DNA from: Candidatus Rokuibacteriota bacterium
GTDB taxonomy: Bacteria > Methylomirabilota > Methylomirabilia > Rokubacteriales > DASRDR01
Reading direction: 5' to 3'
DNA: 11,406 nt
Assembly (NCBI GenBank): GCA_044866005.1
Contig: JBIOTN010000152.1
Location: 1-11,406 of the forward strand
A program made the position numbers and the translations under genes. The notes beneath the pieces were generated by a model. It made no database searches. It had not been told where the DNA came from and saw only the letters and a program-made list of their open reading frames with translations. Shown here piece after piece: positions 1 through 9,296 of the stretch (position 1 is the stretch's first letter; every line of letters begins with the position of its first letter).

Positions 1-2
1 TC

Positions 3-1022
3 GATGAGCTCACCGCCGCCGCCAAGAAGGAAGGCGAGCTCACCATCATTGCCGTGCCCCATGACTGGTGCGGCTATGCCGCCGTCATCGACGACTTCAA
101 GGCGAAATACGGCCTGAAAGTCAACGAGCTCAATCCGGATGCCGGGTCCGGCGACGAGATCGAGGCGATCAAGGCCAACAAGGGCAACATGGGCCCGCAG
201 TCGCCCGACGTGATCGATGTCGGCCTCTCCTTCGGCCCGTCCTCCAAGGCCGAAGGCCTGATCCAGCCTTACAAGGTCTCGACCTGGGACAGCATTCCCG
301 AGCACCAGAAGGATGCGGAAGGCTACTGGTACGGCGACTATTACGGCGTGCTCGCCTTCGAGGTCAACGCCGACATCGTCAAGAATCCGCCGCAGGACTG
401 GGCCGACCTGATGAAGCCCGAGTACAAGAACTCGGTGGCGCTGAGCGGCGATCCCCGCACGTCGAACGAATCGATCCAGAGCATCTATGCCGCCGGCCTC
501 GCCGCCACCAACGGCGATCACGACAAGGCGGCCGAAGCCGGCCTCGAGTTCTTCGCCCAGCTCAACAAGAACGGCAACCTCGTGCCCGTCGGCGGTGCCG
601 CGGCCTCGATCGCCCAGGGCGCCACGCCCATCGTCATCCGCTGGGACTACCTGGCGCTCGCCGATCGCGACACGCTCAAGGGCAATCCCAAGATCGATAT
701 CGTCGTGCCGAAGACCGGCATCGTCGCCGGCGTCTATGTCCAGGCCATCAGCGCCTATGCGCCGCATCCCAATGCGGCCAAGCTCTGGATGGAATACCTC
801 TACTCGGACGAGGGCCAGCTGAGCTGGCTCAAGGGCTATTGCCACCCCATTCGCTTCCAGGACCTCGTGAAGAGTCGCAAGGTACCGGCCGATCTCCTGG
901 CGAAGCTGCCGCCCGCGGAGGCTTACGCCAAGGCGATCTTCCCGACGCTCGACCAGCAGGACCGCGCCAAGCAGGTCATCACCAAGCAGTGGGACACGGT
1001 GGTCGGCGCGAACGTCAAGTAG
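3..1022 (+). CDS. ABC transporter substrate-binding protein (PotD/AfuA-like, cluster D), 5'-truncated by window edge
   Basis: The frame is open from base 3 (DELTAAAKKEGELTIIAVPHDWCGY...), so the GTG at 54 is not the true start. Family motifs PDVIDVG, PQDWADL, DPRTS and APHPNAAKLWMEYLYSDEGQ are present. It lies directly upstream of permeases and an ATPase. Confidence 0.92.
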   Translation, partial: DELTAAAKKEGELTIIAVPHDWCGYAAVIDDFKAKYGLKVNELNPDAGSGDEIEAIKANKGNMGPQSPDVIDVGLSFGPSSKAEGLIQPYKVSTWDSIPEHQKDAEGYWYGDYYGVLAFEVNADIVKNPPQDWADLMKPEYKNSVALSGDPRTSNESIQSIYAAGLAATNGDHDKAAEAGLEFFAQLNKNGNLVPVGGAAASIAQGATPIVIRWDYLALADRDTLKGNPKIDIVVPKTGIVAGVYVQAISAYAPHPNAAKLWMEYLYSDEGQLSWLKGYCHPIRFQDLVKSRKVPADLLAKLPPAEAYAKAIFPTLDQQDRAKQVITKQWDTVVGANVK

Positions 1023-1162
1023 CGGTCCGGTCGCAGGGCGCCGAAGACCGCCGCAACGTCGTGCCTGTCGCCGCACGCCCCGCCGGGGCGGTGCGGGCGG
1101 CGGCTCTGCCGCCGCAATCCTCCTGGGCGAGGGTTCGGAGGGGGCCGTCGAGGCCCCCTCCG
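1022..1162 (+). repeat. Array of five consecutive GC-rich stem-loops, the last a perfect 11-bp REP-like palindrome
   Basis: Stems: GCGGTC(1022-1027)/GACCGC(1046-1051); 1071-1096; GCGGCGGC-TCT-GCCGCCGC (1097-1115); AATCCTC/GAGGGTT (1116-1135, one G-U); CGGAGGGGGCC-GTCGA-GGCCCCCTCCG (1136-1162). Confidence 0.75.
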
Positions 1163-1176
1163 GGGGAACTCGGTCC

Positions 1177-2079
1177 GTGGCGCGCGTAGCCGGCCTGGAA
1201 GCCCCTCCCGCCGCGATGGCGCGGTCGTGGCTCGGCCAGCTGCCCTGGGCGTGGGTGGGCGTCGTCCCCTTCTTCGTCTTCGCGCTCATGTTCCTGATCC
1301 TGCCCACGACCTTCCTGGCCGTCGGCGGCTTTCAGGACAGCGAGGGTCGGTTCACCCTCCAGAACATCCGCGACATCTTCCAGCCCACCATCCTCAGCTC
1401 GTACCTGATCAGCATCAAGGTCAGCGCCGCGTCGGCGGTCGGCGGCGCGATCGTCGGCTTCTTCCTCGCTTACGCGGCGATCGCGGGCGGCGTGCCCCGG
1501 TGGGTGCGGCCGACGCTCCTGACCTTCTCCGGCGTCGCCTCGAACTTCGCGGGCGTGCCGCTGGCGTTCGCCTTCCTCGCGACGCTCGGCCGGACCGGCC
1601 TCGTGACCGCGCTCCTGGTCAACCTCGTCGGGCTCGACATCTATCGCGCCGGCTTCAACCTCCTGAGCTTCTGGGGCCTGACGCTCACGTACATGTACTT
1701 CCAGATCCCGCTCATGGTCCTGATCATGGCGCCCGCCATCGACGGCCTCAAGCGCGAGTGGCGCGAAGCGTCGGCCAATCTCGGCGCCACGGCGTGGGAG
1801 TACTGGCGGTACGTCGCCCTGCCCATCCTCTGGCCCCCCTTGCTCGGCGCGACGCTCCTCCTGTTCGCGAACGCCTTCGGCGCCGTGGCCACGGCGTACG
1901 CGCTGACGGGCAGCTCGCTCAACATCGTCACCATCCTCCTCTACGCCCAGGTGCGGGGAGACGTGCTGCACAACCAGAACCTCGGCTACGCCCTGGCGCT
2001 GGGGATGATCCTGATCACCGGGTTGTCGAACGCCGCGTACATCTGGCTGCGCGGGCGCAGCGAGCGGTGGCTGCGATGA
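1177..2079 (+). CDS. ABC transporter permease (PotB-like, BPD_transp_1)
   Basis: Multiple hydrophobic helices and an EAA-type loop EASANLGA. GTG start at 1177 follows GGGGGAA; ATG 1216 is an alternative. The stop overlaps the next start (ATGA). Confidence 0.92.
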   Translation: MARVAGLEAPPAAMARSWLGQLPWAWVGVVPFFVFALMFLILPTTFLAVGGFQDSEGRFTLQNIRDIFQPTILSSYLISIKVSAASAVGGAIVGFFLAYAAIAGGVPRWVRPTLLTFSGVASNFAGVPLAFAFLATLGRTGLVTALLVNLVGLDIYRAGFNLLSFWGLTLTYMYFQIPLMVLIMAPAIDGLKREWREASANLGATAWEYWRYVALPILWPPLLGATLLLFANAFGAVATAYALTGSSLNIVTILLYAQVRGDVLHNQNLGYALALGMILITGLSNAAYIWLRGRSERWLR

Positions 2080-2867
2080 GGCGCGCGGTCATCGGGTCGT
2101 GGGCGGTCATCCTCCTGGGAATCCTGTACTTCTTCGTGCCGCTGCTGGGCACCTTCGAGTTCTCGCTCCGCTATCGCCGGGGGGTATACAGCTTCGACGC
2201 CTATCGGATCGTCCTGACCGACCCGCAGTTCGCGGCGACCATGGGCTATTCGGCGGCCCTGGCGCTGGCGACGATCGTCGTGGGCGTCGTGCTGGTCGTG
2301 CCGACCGCCTACTGGATCCAGCTCCGCCTGCCCGCGCTCCGGCCGGTCGTCGAATTCGTCACGCTGCTGCCCCTGGTGATCCCGGCGATCGTCCTGGTCT
2401 TCGGGTATCTGCGCATCTACAACAGCGCCTCCCTCCTGCCCCTCACCAGCACCGAGACCACCACCGACGCGCTGCTGATGTTCAGCTACGTGACGCTGGC
2501 CCTGCCCTACATGTACCGGGCCGTCGACACCGGGCTGCGCGCCATCGACGTGCGCACGCTGACCGAAGCGGCGCAGAGTCTCGGCGCCAGCTGGGCCACG
2601 ATCCTGGTGCGGGTGATCCTGCCCAACGTGCGGGTCGCGGTGTTGAGCGGCGCCTTCCTGACCTTCGCCATCGTCGTCGGCGAGTTCACCATGGCGAGCC
2701 TGCTGGATCGCCCGGCCTTCGGTCCCTACCTGCAGCTCGTCGGCGCGAACCGCGCCTACGAACCCGCCGCGCTGGCCATCATCAGCTTCGCGATCACCTG
2801 GGCGTGCATGGGCCTCCTCCAGGTCTTTACCCGCGGCACGCCCGGGCAGGTGGCGGGGGCCCGCTAA
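2076..2867 (+). CDS. ABC transporter permease (PotC-like, BPD_transp_1)
   Basis: The ATG at 2076 overlaps the TGA of the previous gene. The protein MRRAVIGSWAVILLG... is hydrophobic with EAA motif EAAQSLGA. It is the C-terminal part of listed ORF 1227..2867. Confidence 0.92.
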   Translation: MRRAVIGSWAVILLGILYFFVPLLGTFEFSLRYRRGVYSFDAYRIVLTDPQFAATMGYSAALALATIVVGVVLVVPTAYWIQLRLPALRPVVEFVTLLPLVIPAIVLVFGYLRIYNSASLLPLTSTETTTDALLMFSYVTLALPYMYRAVDTGLRAIDVRTLTEAAQSLGASWATILVRVILPNVRVAVLSGAFLTFAIVVGEFTMASLLDRPAFGPYLQLVGANRAYEPAALAIISFAITWACMGLLQVFTRGTPGQVAGAR

Positions 2868-2893
2868 GGCGGCCCCCGGGGGACCGGCGCGGC

Positions 2894-3967
2894 ATGGCGC
2901 ACCTGGACATCCTCGACGTGCAGAAGCGCTTCGCGCAGACCACGGCGGTCGAGCATTTCCAGCTCGAGGTCGAGCGCGGCGAGTTCGTGTCCTTCCTGGG
3001 GCCGAGCGGCTGCGGGAAGACGACGACGCTGCGGATGATCGCCGGCTTCGAGGTGCCCTCCTCCGGCACGATCCGTCTCGACGGCACGGACATCACGCAC
3101 CGGCCGCCGAACCAGCGCAACGTGGGCATGGTCTTCCAGTCCTATGCCCTGTTCCCGAACATGACGGTCGCCGAGAACGTCGGGTTCGGGCTGAAGGTGG
3201 CGAAGCGGCCGGCGGAAGCGATCAGGCGCCGCGTGGAGGAGATGCTCGCCCTCATCAAGCTGCCGACCCTGGGCCACCGCTACCCCTATCAGCTCTCCGG
3301 CGGCCAGCAGCAGCGGGTGGCCCTCGCCCGCGCGCTGGCCATCCAGCCCCAGGTGCTCCTCCTCGACGAGCCGCTCTCCGCGCTCGACGCCAAGATCCGG
3401 GTGGTCCTGCGCCACGAGATCCGCTCGATCCAGCGGGAGCTGGGCATCACGACGATCTACGTCACGCACGACCAGGAGGAAGCGCTGTCCGTGTCCGACC
3501 GCATCGTGGTGATGAGCGAGGGGCGCGTGGAGCAGATCGGCACGCCCTTCGAAGTCTACAATTTCCCGCGGACGACGTTCGTCGCCTCGTTCGTCGGCAC
3601 CCTCAACATCCTCCGTGGCCGGGTCTCCGATCCGGCACGTGGCACGATCGTGATCGACGGGCAGGAGATCGCCGCGTCGCACGGCCTGGAGGGCGCGCGG
3701 GTCGGCGAGGTGCGCTCGGTCGCCCTGCGTCCGGAAATCGTCTCGCTCCAAGCGTCGACCGGCGACGGCAACCGGATGGAGGGCGCCGTCGAGGACGTGA
3801 ACTTCCTCGGCTCCATCGTCCGGATTCGCGTGCGCTTCAAGGAGAATGCGATCTCGCTCGACACGTTCAACAACCCGAGGCTCACCTTGCCACGGCGCGG
3901 GGAGACGTTGACCGTGAGCTTCCCGCGCGAAGCCGTGCTCGCCCTCGAGGCATCGTCCTCGAGCTGA
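2894..3967 (+). CDS. ABC transporter ATP-binding protein (PotA/AfuC family, C-terminal TOBE-like domain)
   Basis: ATG 2894 (MAHLDILDVQKRF). Walker A GPSGCGKT, Q-loop VFQSYALF, signature LSGGQQQR, Walker B LLLDEP, H-loop VTHD. Confidence 0.95.
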   Translation: MAHLDILDVQKRFAQTTAVEHFQLEVERGEFVSFLGPSGCGKTTTLRMIAGFEVPSSGTIRLDGTDITHRPPNQRNVGMVFQSYALFPNMTVAENVGFGLKVAKRPAEAIRRRVEEMLALIKLPTLGHRYPYQLSGGQQQRVALARALAIQPQVLLLDEPLSALDAKIRVVLRHEIRSIQRELGITTIYVTHDQEEALSVSDRIVVMSEGRVEQIGTPFEVYNFPRTTFVASFVGTLNILRGRVSDPARGTIVIDGQEIAASHGLEGARVGEVRSVALRPEIVSLQASTGDGNRMEGAVEDVNFLGSIVRIRVRFKENAISLDTFNNPRLTLPRRGETLTVSFPREAVLALEASSSS

Positions 3968-3980
3968 GCCGGCGTGGCGA

Positions 3981-4007
3981 GGGACCGCGCCGCCGGGACC
4001 GCGCCGC
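3981..4007 (+). repeat. 13-bp tandem direct repeat GGGACCGCGCCGC x2
   Basis: Exact copies at 3981-3993 and 3995-4007, between the two ABC operons. Confidence 0.7.
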
Positions 4008-4063
4008 ACCGACCGATTGCAGGACACGGAAGGACGACGCGACGGAACGACAACACCTCGCCC

Positions 4064-4071
4064 AAGGAGGT
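4064..4071 (+). promoter_or_regulatory. Shine-Dalgarno site AAGGAGGT for SBP2
   Basis: Perfect consensus ending 5 nt before GTG 4077. Confidence 0.9.
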
Positions 4072-4076
4072 AGTCG

Positions 4077-5198
4077 GTGCACACGCTCCGCATCGCGCTG
4101 GCGCTCGTGGTCGTCCTCGGCGTCGCCGCGCCCGTCCGGGCCCAGGCGCCGATCGAGGACGAGCTCGTGCTTCAAACCCCGGTCTCGAAGTTCATCGTGG
4201 ACGCCGCCCTCAAGGCCTTCGCCGACTACGCGAAGGAGCGGTGGGGGGTCGCCCTCCGGACCAACGCCCAGTACGCCGGGACGCCCGTCTCGTACGGGCG
4301 CATCGTCGAATGGAAGGGGAAGCCCGAGGCGGACATCTTCTGGGGCGGCGAGTCGGCGCTGTTCGACAAGCTGGCCGAGCAGAAGCTCCTGGTCAAGCAC
4401 GACGTCGCCCGCGAGCTGGCGGACGCCGTCCCCGCCTCGATCGGCAAGCCGAAGCCGATCCCGCTGAAGGACCCGAGCGGCTACTGGATCGGCACGGCGC
4501 TCGAGCCGTACGGGATCGTCTACCATCCGCGGCTGATCAAGCGCCTCGGCGTGCCCGAGCCGAAGGACTGGGAGGACCTGCTGCACCCGAAGCTCAAGGG
4601 GAACGTGGCGCAGTGCGCGCCGACCCGGTCCTCCTCGAGCCACGCGACCTACGAGATCATGCTCCAGGTGAAGGGCGAGCCGCAGGGGTGGGAGTGGCTG
4701 AAGAAGCTCGCCGGCAACACGGGAATCTTCACGGCCCGCAGCCGCGACGTGCCGTCGGTCGTCGCCAAGGGCGAGTTCGCGGCCGGCTTCGCCGTGCCGT
4801 CCTACATGGCGTTCGAGGAAGTGCTCGCCGGGTTCGACATCAAGTACGTCGCGCCGAAGAACGCCTTCGTGACGCCGGAGCCGATGGCGATCCTGGCCGG
4901 GGCCAGGCACCCCAGGGCGGCGAAGGCCTTCCTCGAGTTCCTCCTCACCGAGCGCGGGCAGCGCGTCTTCATGGAGCGCGGCCTGTTCCCGATCACGCCC
5001 CGGTACAAGGTGCAGGGGCCACCCGGCTCGGTCGCGGAGAAGGCCGTCGAGTTCACCGGCGGCGTGCGCTCGTACTTCGAGCACGAGGTCACCAGCAACT
5101 ACGACGACGACGTCGCCCAGCGGCGCTACCAGGAGGTGAACGAGAAGTATCGGAAGGAGATCGAGTCGGCCTGGGACGAGCTGAAGAAGAAGCCCTGA
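4077..5198 (+). CDS. ABC transporter substrate-binding protein (AfuA/FbpA-like fold), Sec signal peptide
   Basis: Signal peptide MHTLRIALALVVVLGVAAPVRA-Q. Motifs PEADIFWGG, PKDWEDLLHP, PTRSSS and HPRAAKAFLEFLLTERGQ. Strong RBS. Confidence 0.93.
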   Translation: MHTLRIALALVVVLGVAAPVRAQAPIEDELVLQTPVSKFIVDAALKAFADYAKERWGVALRTNAQYAGTPVSYGRIVEWKGKPEADIFWGGESALFDKLAEQKLLVKHDVARELADAVPASIGKPKPIPLKDPSGYWIGTALEPYGIVYHPRLIKRLGVPEPKDWEDLLHPKLKGNVAQCAPTRSSSSHATYEIMLQVKGEPQGWEWLKKLAGNTGIFTARSRDVPSVVAKGEFAAGFAVPSYMAFEEVLAGFDIKYVAPKNAFVTPEPMAILAGARHPRAAKAFLEFLLTERGQRVFMERGLFPITPRYKVQGPPGSVAEKAVEFTGGVRSYFEHEVTSNYDDDVAQRRYQEVNEKYRKEIESAWDELKKKP

Positions 5199-5227
5199 GG
5201 GCGCCGCGCACGCCCGCCCCGTCCGGC

Positions 5228-6302
5228 GTGAGCCCCGGCCACCGCCCGTGCCTGGCGCTCATGATGGGCGACCCGACCGGGATCGGCCCGGAGCTCGTCG
5301 TGAAGGCGCTCGTCGGTGCGGGCCGCGTGCCGGCCCGTCGTGGTGGGCGACGCGCGCGTCCTGGCGGGGGCGCTCGCCGTCGTCGGCGCCCCGCTCGAGC
5401 TGACCCCCGTCACCGCCGTCGCGCAGTGCGGCTTCGAGCCCGGGCGGCTCGAGCTGCTCGACGTCCCGAACGCCGATCCCCAGGAGGTCCCGCTCGGGCG
5501 CGTGGGACGCGCGCGCCGGCCGGGCGACGCTGGAGAGCCTGGAGGTCGCCATCGACCTGGCGCGGGCCGGCGCGGTGGACGGGGTCGTCTACGCCCCGCT
5601 CAACAAGCAGGCGCTCCACGAAGCCGGGTCGCCCCACGAGGACGAGCTCCACCTGGTCGCCGCGTGGTGCGGGGCGGAGGCCGGGAGCTTCGGGGAGATC
5701 AACGTCCTGCCAGTCGGCGTCCGCCGCCCGGCCGACGTCGCCTCACGGGCCCCGGACGCCGACGAAAGATGGTTCGACCTCTGGTGCGGGCGGGTCACGT
5801 CGCACATCGGCCTCGCGCGCGTCGCCGCCAGCCTGACCGTGCCCGGGATCCTGGCCGCGGTCCGCCTGCTCGACGGCGTGCTCCGCCAGGCGGGGCTCGA
5901 CGGCCCGCGCGTGGGGGTCGCGGCGCTGAACCCCCACGGGGGGGAGGGGGGCCTGTTCGGCGCCGAGGAAGAGCGCACCATCCGCCCGGCGGTCGAGGCC
6001 GCCCGGGGCGACGGGATCGACGCGCGCGGCCCCTTCCCGGCCGACACGATCTTCGTCCGCGCGCGCCGGGGCGAGCTCGACGGGATCGTCTCCATGTACC
6101 ACGACCAGGGCCAGATCGCGCTGAAGCTCCTCGGCTTCGAGCGCGGGGTGACGGTCGGCGGCGGGCTCCCCATCGTCCTCACCACGCCGGCCCACGGGAC
6201 GGCCCACGACATCGCCGGACGCGGCGTGGCCGATCCAGGCGCCTTCCGCCGCGCGGTGGAGGTGGCGAGCCGGCTGGCCCGCGGGCGCGGCCCGGGTCCG
6301 GC

Positions 6303-6306
<4 letters not shown>
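5228..6306 (+). pseudogene. pdxA: PdxA-family (4-hydroxythreonine-4-phosphate / sugar-acid dehydrogenase-like) gene split by two frameshifts; pseudogene or sequencing error
   Basis: Segment 1 (GTG 5228 to ~5314): RPCLALMMGDPTGIGPELVVKAL. Segment 2 (~5316-5504): VRAACRPVVVGDARVL...PLGRV. Segment 3 (~5506-6306): DARAGRATLESLEVAIDLARAGAVDGVVYAPLNK...VTSHIGL...ALNPHGGE...GPFPADT...MYHDQGQIALK...PAHGTAHDIAG. All are PdxA-family motifs, spread over three reading frames. Confidence 0.85.
5713..5763. repeat. Palindromic element inside the pdxA-like coding sequence
   Basis: Perfect 11-bp inverted repeat GTCGGCGTCCG (5713-5723) / CGGACGCCGAC (5753-5763), inner stem GCCCG(5726-5730)/CGGGC(5746-5750), and CGACGTCG palindrome in the loop. 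Confidence 0.7.
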
Positions 6307-7373
<1,067 letters not shown>

Positions 7374-7404
7374 GTCGGCCCGGCCCGACGCCGGCCGTGC
7401 CCCC

Positions 7405-9123
7405 GTGAGGCGGAACGGCGCGGCGGTCGCGCCGCCGACCGTCCTCGTCCGGCCAGGCCCGGCGTGGCTCCTGCCCGCGCTCGGCGTCGGGCTGATCTGG
7501 GCGTTCCTCGCGCTCTTCCTCCTCTACCCGATCGCCCGGATCTTCTACGATGCGGTGACGGACGACGCGGGGCGGTTCACCCTGCAGCACTTCGCGGCCT
7601 TCTTCACCGACGGGTTCTACCTGCGCTCCCTCTGGAACTCGCTTCTCCTCGGCGTCGGCGTGGTCGGCTGCACGTCCGTCCTCGGCATCGGCGTCGCCTT
7701 CTTGCTCGTGCGCTACGAGTTCTGGGGCCGGGACCTCTTCGGCTACCTGACGCTGATCCCGATCATCTCGCCGCCGCTCGTCGGCGTCCTGGGCTTCGTG
7801 TTCATTCTGGGGCGGGCCGGCACGGTGAACGTGCTGCTGATGGACTACCTCGACCTCGCCCGGCCCATCAACTTCATGTACGGGCTCCACGGCGTGCTGC
7901 TGGTGGAGACGCTCCACCTCTTTCCCATGATCACGCTGAACGTCGTGGACGCGCTGTCGAAGGTGGACCCGGCGCTGGAGGAGGCGGCGGAGAGCGTCGG
8001 CGCGCGCGGCTGGCGGAAGTTCTGGACGATCACGCTGCCGCTGACGACGCCCGGGTACGTCGCCGGCGCGCTCCTCGTCTTCATCTGGACCTTCGCGGAC
8101 TTCGTCACCCCGCTCGTCGTGGGCGTCCACGACCTCCTCGCGTCCCAGGCGTACCTCAACATCGTGCAGTTCGTGGACCGGCGGCTCTTCCGGATGGGCA
8201 TCGTGATCTCGGCGCTGCTCGTCCTGCTGGCCGTCGCCTTCCTGGCGGCGGCGAAGCACTACGTCGCCATCAAGGACTACTCCTCGCTCGCGTACTCGCG
8301 CGTGGAGCGCCGGCGCCTCCGCGGGCCGGCGCAGGCGCTCGTGGTGGCGGCGCTCGCCTTCCTGATGCTGCTCTCCTTCCTCCCCTACCTGGGCGTGACC
8401 CTGGCGGCCTTCGGCCGCGGCTGGTCCCTGACCCCGCTCCCCACCGCGTACACCGTCGCGTTCTTCGGGCGGGTGCTCGTGGAGACGCCCAAGTACGTCA
8501 CGAACAGCCTGCTCTACTCCGTCCTGGCCGTGGCCATCTGCGTGGCGGTGGGGGTTCCCATCGCCTGGCTGCTGGCGCGGACGCGGCTGCCCGGCACGGG
8601 GCTGCTCGACGCGCTCAACACGCTGATTCTCGCGATCCCGGGAACGGCGATCGGCATCGCCTACGTCCGCGCCTTCCACGTCGACGTCCCGGGGCTCGGC
8701 CGGCCGCTCACGAGCCTGTGGCTCATCCTGCCGCTGGTCCTCGCGGTGCGCCGGCTCCCCTATGCCGTCCGGGGCAGCTATGCCTCGCTGCTCCTCGTCC
8801 ACCGCTCGCTGGAGGAGGCGGCGGCGAGCGTCGGGGCGTCGGGCCTCCGGACATTCCGGGACGTGACCTTGCCGCTCATCTGGAAGGGCGTCCTCGTGGG
8901 GGCGCTCTTCTCGTTCATGACGTCGCTCCAGGAGGCCTCCGCCGTGCTCTTCCTCTCCCTCGGCGGCTGGGAGACGATCACGGTCGGGATCTTCAACTTC
9001 TACATCGCGGGCAGCTCGAGCGAGGCGGCGGCGCTGGGGGTGGTGCTGATCGTGGTGGCCACGGCCTGCCTGGTCCTGATCAATCGGGTGGCCGGCACGC
9101 GCATGGGCGGCATGTTCGGGTAA
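7405..9123 (+). CDS. ABC transporter permease, fused double-domain (AfuB/FbpB/ThiP type)
   Basis: About 570 aa with many TM segments and two EAA loops (EEAAESVGA, EEAAASVGA). The start is uncertain (GTG 7405, or 7370 if a C is missing at 7400-7404). Confidence 0.93.
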   Translation: MRRNGAAVAPPTVLVRPGPAWLLPALGVGLIWAFLALFLLYPIARIFYDAVTDDAGRFTLQHFAAFFTDGFYLRSLWNSLLLGVGVVGCTSVLGIGVAFLLVRYEFWGRDLFGYLTLIPIISPPLVGVLGFVFILGRAGTVNVLLMDYLDLARPINFMYGLHGVLLVETLHLFPMITLNVVDALSKVDPALEEAAESVGARGWRKFWTITLPLTTPGYVAGALLVFIWTFADFVTPLVVGVHDLLASQAYLNIVQFVDRRLFRMGIVISALLVLLAVAFLAAAKHYVAIKDYSSLAYSRVERRRLRGPAQALVVAALAFLMLLSFLPYLGVTLAAFGRGWSLTPLPTAYTVAFFGRVLVETPKYVTNSLLYSVLAVAICVAVGVPIAWLLARTRLPGTGLLDALNTLILAIPGTAIGIAYVRAFHVDVPGLGRPLTSLWLILPLVLAVRRLPYAVRGSYASLLLVHRSLEEAAASVGASGLRTFRDVTLPLIWKGVLVGALFSFMTSLQEASAVLFLSLGGWETITVGIFNFYIAGSSSEAAALGVVLIVVATACLVLINRVAGTRMGGMFG

Positions 9124-9296
9124 CGGGGCCGCGGGGCGGCCGAGCTCCGGCGCGCGGGGCCTGGCCGGCCCGGGCCGTCAGCGTCGAGGTCCGGCGCGCG
9201 GCGGCGATCGGCGCGGACCCGTCGGCCGCCTGGTGAACTCCTCTAGTGGCCTCGACGGATTGCCGGCATCGGCATATCCCACTAGGGTGGTCGGCC

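Noticed and set aside
1227..2893. Long N-terminal extensions of listed ORFs 1227..2867 and 2099..3967
   Set aside because: They overlap upstream permeases in another frame. The real starts are ATG 2076 and ATG 2894.
2868..2893. CCCCCGGGGG palindrome between permease 2 and ATPase 1
   Set aside because: Short, low-complexity and expected by chance in GC-rich DNA.
5309..5510. Programmed ribosomal frameshifting as the explanation for the pdxA breaks
   Set aside because: There is no slippery heptamer with an adjacent stimulator at either site, and two successive shifts would be needed.
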